DNA of 51,555 nucleotides, filler included, from Catajapyx aquilonaris (lineage: Eukaryota): the NCBI GenBank assembly GCA_000934665.2. It is 2 parts of 2 records of this genome, joined end to end, with 100 filler letters (N's around TTAATTAATTAA, not from the genome) between each part and the next. Parts side by side here need not be neighbours in the genome. Positions count along the whole stretch, not along the records: positions 25,829 to 51,555 come from JYFJ02005315.1; 1 more part is not named here. One strand, 5' to 3'. Both the position numbers and the translations under genes were made by a program. The notes beneath the pieces were generated by a model, which was given only the letters and a program-made list of their open reading frames with translations, did no database searches and was not told where the DNA came from. Below, one piece after another: positions 48,601 through 51,555 of the stretch (position 1 is its first letter; every line of letters starts with the position of its first letter).

Positions 48601-50363
48601 ATTCTGATTGGGCGGTTACAGAGGGATGCTGGAGAGAGAGAGCGGGGCAAGAGTCACGAAGGCCCAGGGAAGAAGTGGGTTAGTGGACATATAACATTGT
48701 ATTGAGGTCACGCACCTGGCTCACAACTTTTAGTCGCCCGTAGTACCCCCCCGACAATATACTGGACAACAAAAGCTTAACTAATTGTTACGTGAGATCA
48801 ACATAAAATTGTTGGCAGAATATTATGCGATGTTGTTACGTTTCCGTCAACTTGTATACATGGCACGTGTAATCAGGTGGATTTAATATCGTTGAATAAT
48901 TATAAAGTTGTTGACTCCGCGGCACAGGAAATTGGCTCCTGCGGTGCTGCTAAATAGTTTTCAACCTACTTTTCTCCCCCGAGTAATCAAAAAAATATTC
49001 GACCAAAAATTAGAGGTTGGGTAATCACTTTTGCAGGTGATTATACAATGTATAGTGTGCTCGACCTGTTATCAGTTATAGCCACCTTGAAGTCTGACAG
49101 ACATTCCCCCATGTAGTTACTTTGGTCATTAAGTCTGATGAAGTGGTCCATAGAGGATGCGTGTTAAAAGAGCCTGCAGAGTGATGATATTATATGTGGA
49201 GGGGGCGCAATTTGGACGGCTCTTGAACGTGTCCCATAATCCTTGAGAGGGGTTAAAAGAGTACCAGCAACCCGCATTGACGCCGACGCCGCAAGTATTT
49301 TTAGCCCTCAAGAAATTCCCGAAAGGAGATCGATGGCCAATGGAGGAGACGGATATATCTTTGAATCGACTGTCACGTACTCGAGTGGAGCACTTCAGAC
49401 CCGGAGGAATAAAACAAGTTCTTTCAGGTTATGTCCTTACAGACCTTATCTTTCCTATTCGCAACGAAGTGCTCATTGTGGGTTATGGAACCGCAAAAAT
49501 TACTGTGCGTTTAGTGGCGCCGCAGGCTAACGAACGTTATTGCGGCTTTGCCATGGCGAGATGCATTCGGACGCGCCCTCTCACTGCCCTGCGTCTCCAC
49601 CCCGACTCGTCTCGTCTCATAGTAAAGATCTTCCCAAGGCCTGTTTACGCCCTCACGATTTGACCCTCGGTCGCACGACGCTTTGCGACCGACAAAAATG
49701 GCCGTTCGTCGGTCTCGCGACCAGACGCTTTGCGACCGACAAAAATTGCCTTTTCATCGGTCGCACGACCAGACATGTTGCGACCGACAAAAATTGCCTT
49801 TTCATCGGTCGCACGACCAGACGCTTTGTGACCGACAAAAATTGCGTTTCGTCGGTCGCACGACCGGACGCTTTACGACCGACAAAAATTGCGTTTCGTC
49901 TATCGCACGACCAGACGCTTTGCGACCGACCAAAAATGGCGTTTCGTCGGTCTCAAAGCGTTTGGTCGCGCGACTGAGGCTCAAATCGTGAGGGCGTAAA
50001 CAGACCATTTTTATTCCGTTTTACGACTGACCTTAGTATGTCAGGAGACGAGTGCTGTTCCCTCTTCTTCCTGGGTTGGATCCATTGGAGGATCCGATGG
50101 CACAACCTGATCGGAGATGGAATCGACGTAGAGGACGAAGAGGACAAGGATGTGGCGGTGCTGGTGCTGCTGGTGCTGGTGGGTGATGCGGCGCGACGCT
50201 GGTGCTTCTGGCGACGGTGGTGGTGGTGGTCCAGGCCCATCAGCAATGGCAGACTGGACGCAACACTGTCGCCACGAGAGCCCCTCGTCGCGTAAGACGT
50301 CATCTCCTCGTCTTCCTCCAGCATTCGGGACAGGAGGCTGTCCTCTGTGAAATGGGACAAGTC
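45631..50363 (-). CDS. KSR/RAF-family (TKL group) pseudokinase, KSR-like; 5' end uncertain
   Basis: Exons 50032-50363, 47473-47981, 47149-47414, 46229-46836, 45865-45994, 45631-45807; all phases join. LGEWAIPWRDL, HRGRWHGEV, RHDNMVLFMGA, AQAMGYLHARG, YWSPEMMRSL, SDVYAFGTVLYEL, IIWQVG, CW..DP..RPTF. Confidence 0.88.
46037..46197. mobile_element. Palindromic MITE in a kinase intron
   Basis: ~70-bp arms AATCAAACAATTTCAATGAGAATGCCCTCCGATTTAC...ATAGATGGCGCAG mirrored by CTGCGCCATCTAT...GTTTGATT. Confidence 0.8.
46896..47136. mobile_element. hAT MITE with perfect 8-bp TSD in a kinase intron
   Basis: CAAAGCTGGGCA...TGCCCACCTCTG; GCTAAC/GTTAGC subterminal repeats; AAAATGTC at 46888-46895 and 47137-47144. 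Confidence 0.88.
48143..48306. repeat. Degenerate array of CCAA(T/C)ATTGG palindromic units
   Basis: Repeated GGCCCAATATTGG / CCCAACATTGGACGAATGTT; resembles transposon subterminal repeats, termini not found. Confidence 0.65.
49638..50006. mobile_element. TIR element (possibly Harbinger-type MITE) filled with 48-bp hairpin tandem repeats
   Basis: TIR GG(C/T)CTGTTTACGCCCTCACGATTTGA; ~6 units TCGGTCGCA-CGACCAGACGCTT-TGCGACCGA-CAAAAATTGC... Confidence 0.8.
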
Positions 50364-51555
50364 CTTCAAAATGTAGGACAGGATTCCAACTTTCCCTGAG
50401 ATGCTTTAGGATATGTACACAACTGGACATAATAGCAAAATTTTCTACTGATGGTAAGAAGGGAGTGTAAGAGACTTTCAATTAGAGACGCAGTTCGGTT
50501 CATGCCAATTAAACTGTTTATGAATGTCATCCTACGCAGAATAATGGCCTCAGGTGCAACACACAATGCGCAACAATTGGACTGTGGTCAGCATCCAATC
50601 TGCCCAGAGGAGAAGCCCCTCCAGGGACTGCTGGGAACCCCCCCCCCCNATATATAGTCACCGATTCTCTCTCGATGCAAAAACCCCACCCCCACTGCGA
50701 GACATCCAATCCGCTTATTTCGCATTATGTTCCGCAAAATTTCGCGCCAATCATTTTCGCGACTCAAGTTCAAGGACGGGCGTTGCCGTGCGACGATGTG
50801 GCAACGACGCCCCCCCTTTTCACTGTCTATTTGCACACGGGATCACACAGCCTGATGGAGAAGAATATGCGCGCAAAAAAATATATTATGCATATAAAAT
50901 TTTTGTTTTTCACACTTTGCTGATGAAATCACCGTTCCAGAAGAAAAGTCGTTAGAGCGCTAATTAAATTGGCCAAGTCGCCCGAAATAATTGGACGCTA
51001 AGTGTTTAGCACTTCTTGCAAGATATTCAGGTTCATCCTACTACAGTATGGTTCACTCGCCCCCCAAAAAATGGGGGGGGGGGGGGGGGGGAGGGNNNNN
51101 NGGGGGGGGGGGGGGGGTGAAGGATTGTTTCCCCCAGCAATCGAGTAATAAGGAAAGTAATTACCTATATTCACGATCCCGGCTTGTCATCTTTTTTATA
51201 TAAAAAAAACTTGGTGATAGTAATTTCCACCGAATTTTTGGACTGTTTACTTTAGAACTGGACCACCCTGTATGCCATCGGCTCTTTTAATAAGTCCCAA
51301 AGTTGGACTATTATAGTCCAAAAAAAAAAAGTAATTAGCTATTCACTAGTCGAGTTGCCATCAAGTTGAAATGAGCTACGGTCCTTTTTTTTGTGGAAGT
51401 AACTACAGGCGAATTTTTTTAAAACCAACGCAACCGAGTGCGCACCCACCATCGCGCAAGTCCATTTGTTCCGACAACAACGTTGCCACAGTTACTCCAA
51501 GTCATTCAAAAAAAAGCCTTGGCAACATCGCAAAAGTCCCCCCCTCGAGCTCAGT

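Noticed and set aside
49667..49960. Hairpin direct repeats resembling a CRISPR array
   Set aside because: The intervening sequences are also repeated (no unique spacers), the array is bounded by TIRs inside a spliceosomal intron, and there are no cas genes.

Overview
Eukaryotic genomic DNA, most likely an invertebrate animal (probably an arthropod, inferred from gene content, ~55-nt GT-AG introns and the tRNA-SINE/MITE/Helitron repertoire); there is no prokaryotic operon or CRISPR array. Bases 1-14,400 are AT-rich and transposon-strewn with no identifiable gene. Then: ribosomal protein RPS2 (+), whose 4.7-kb intron holds a three-level nest of DNA transposons; a MITE cluster; an intronless BC-box/LRR gene (+); mitoribosomal MRPS30/mL65 (+); three small, mutually related genes I do not recognise (-); three tandem MFSD12 transporter paralogs (-); and a KSR-like pseudokinase (-). 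The most striking feature is the compact minus-strand block at 30.0-33.7 kb, where the shortest MFSD12 paralog stops only 10 nt before the ATG of the first of the three small paralogs, an operon-like arrangement. All gene models were spliced by eye from GT-AG sites and reading-frame continuity; family names come from recognised motifs, not database searches.
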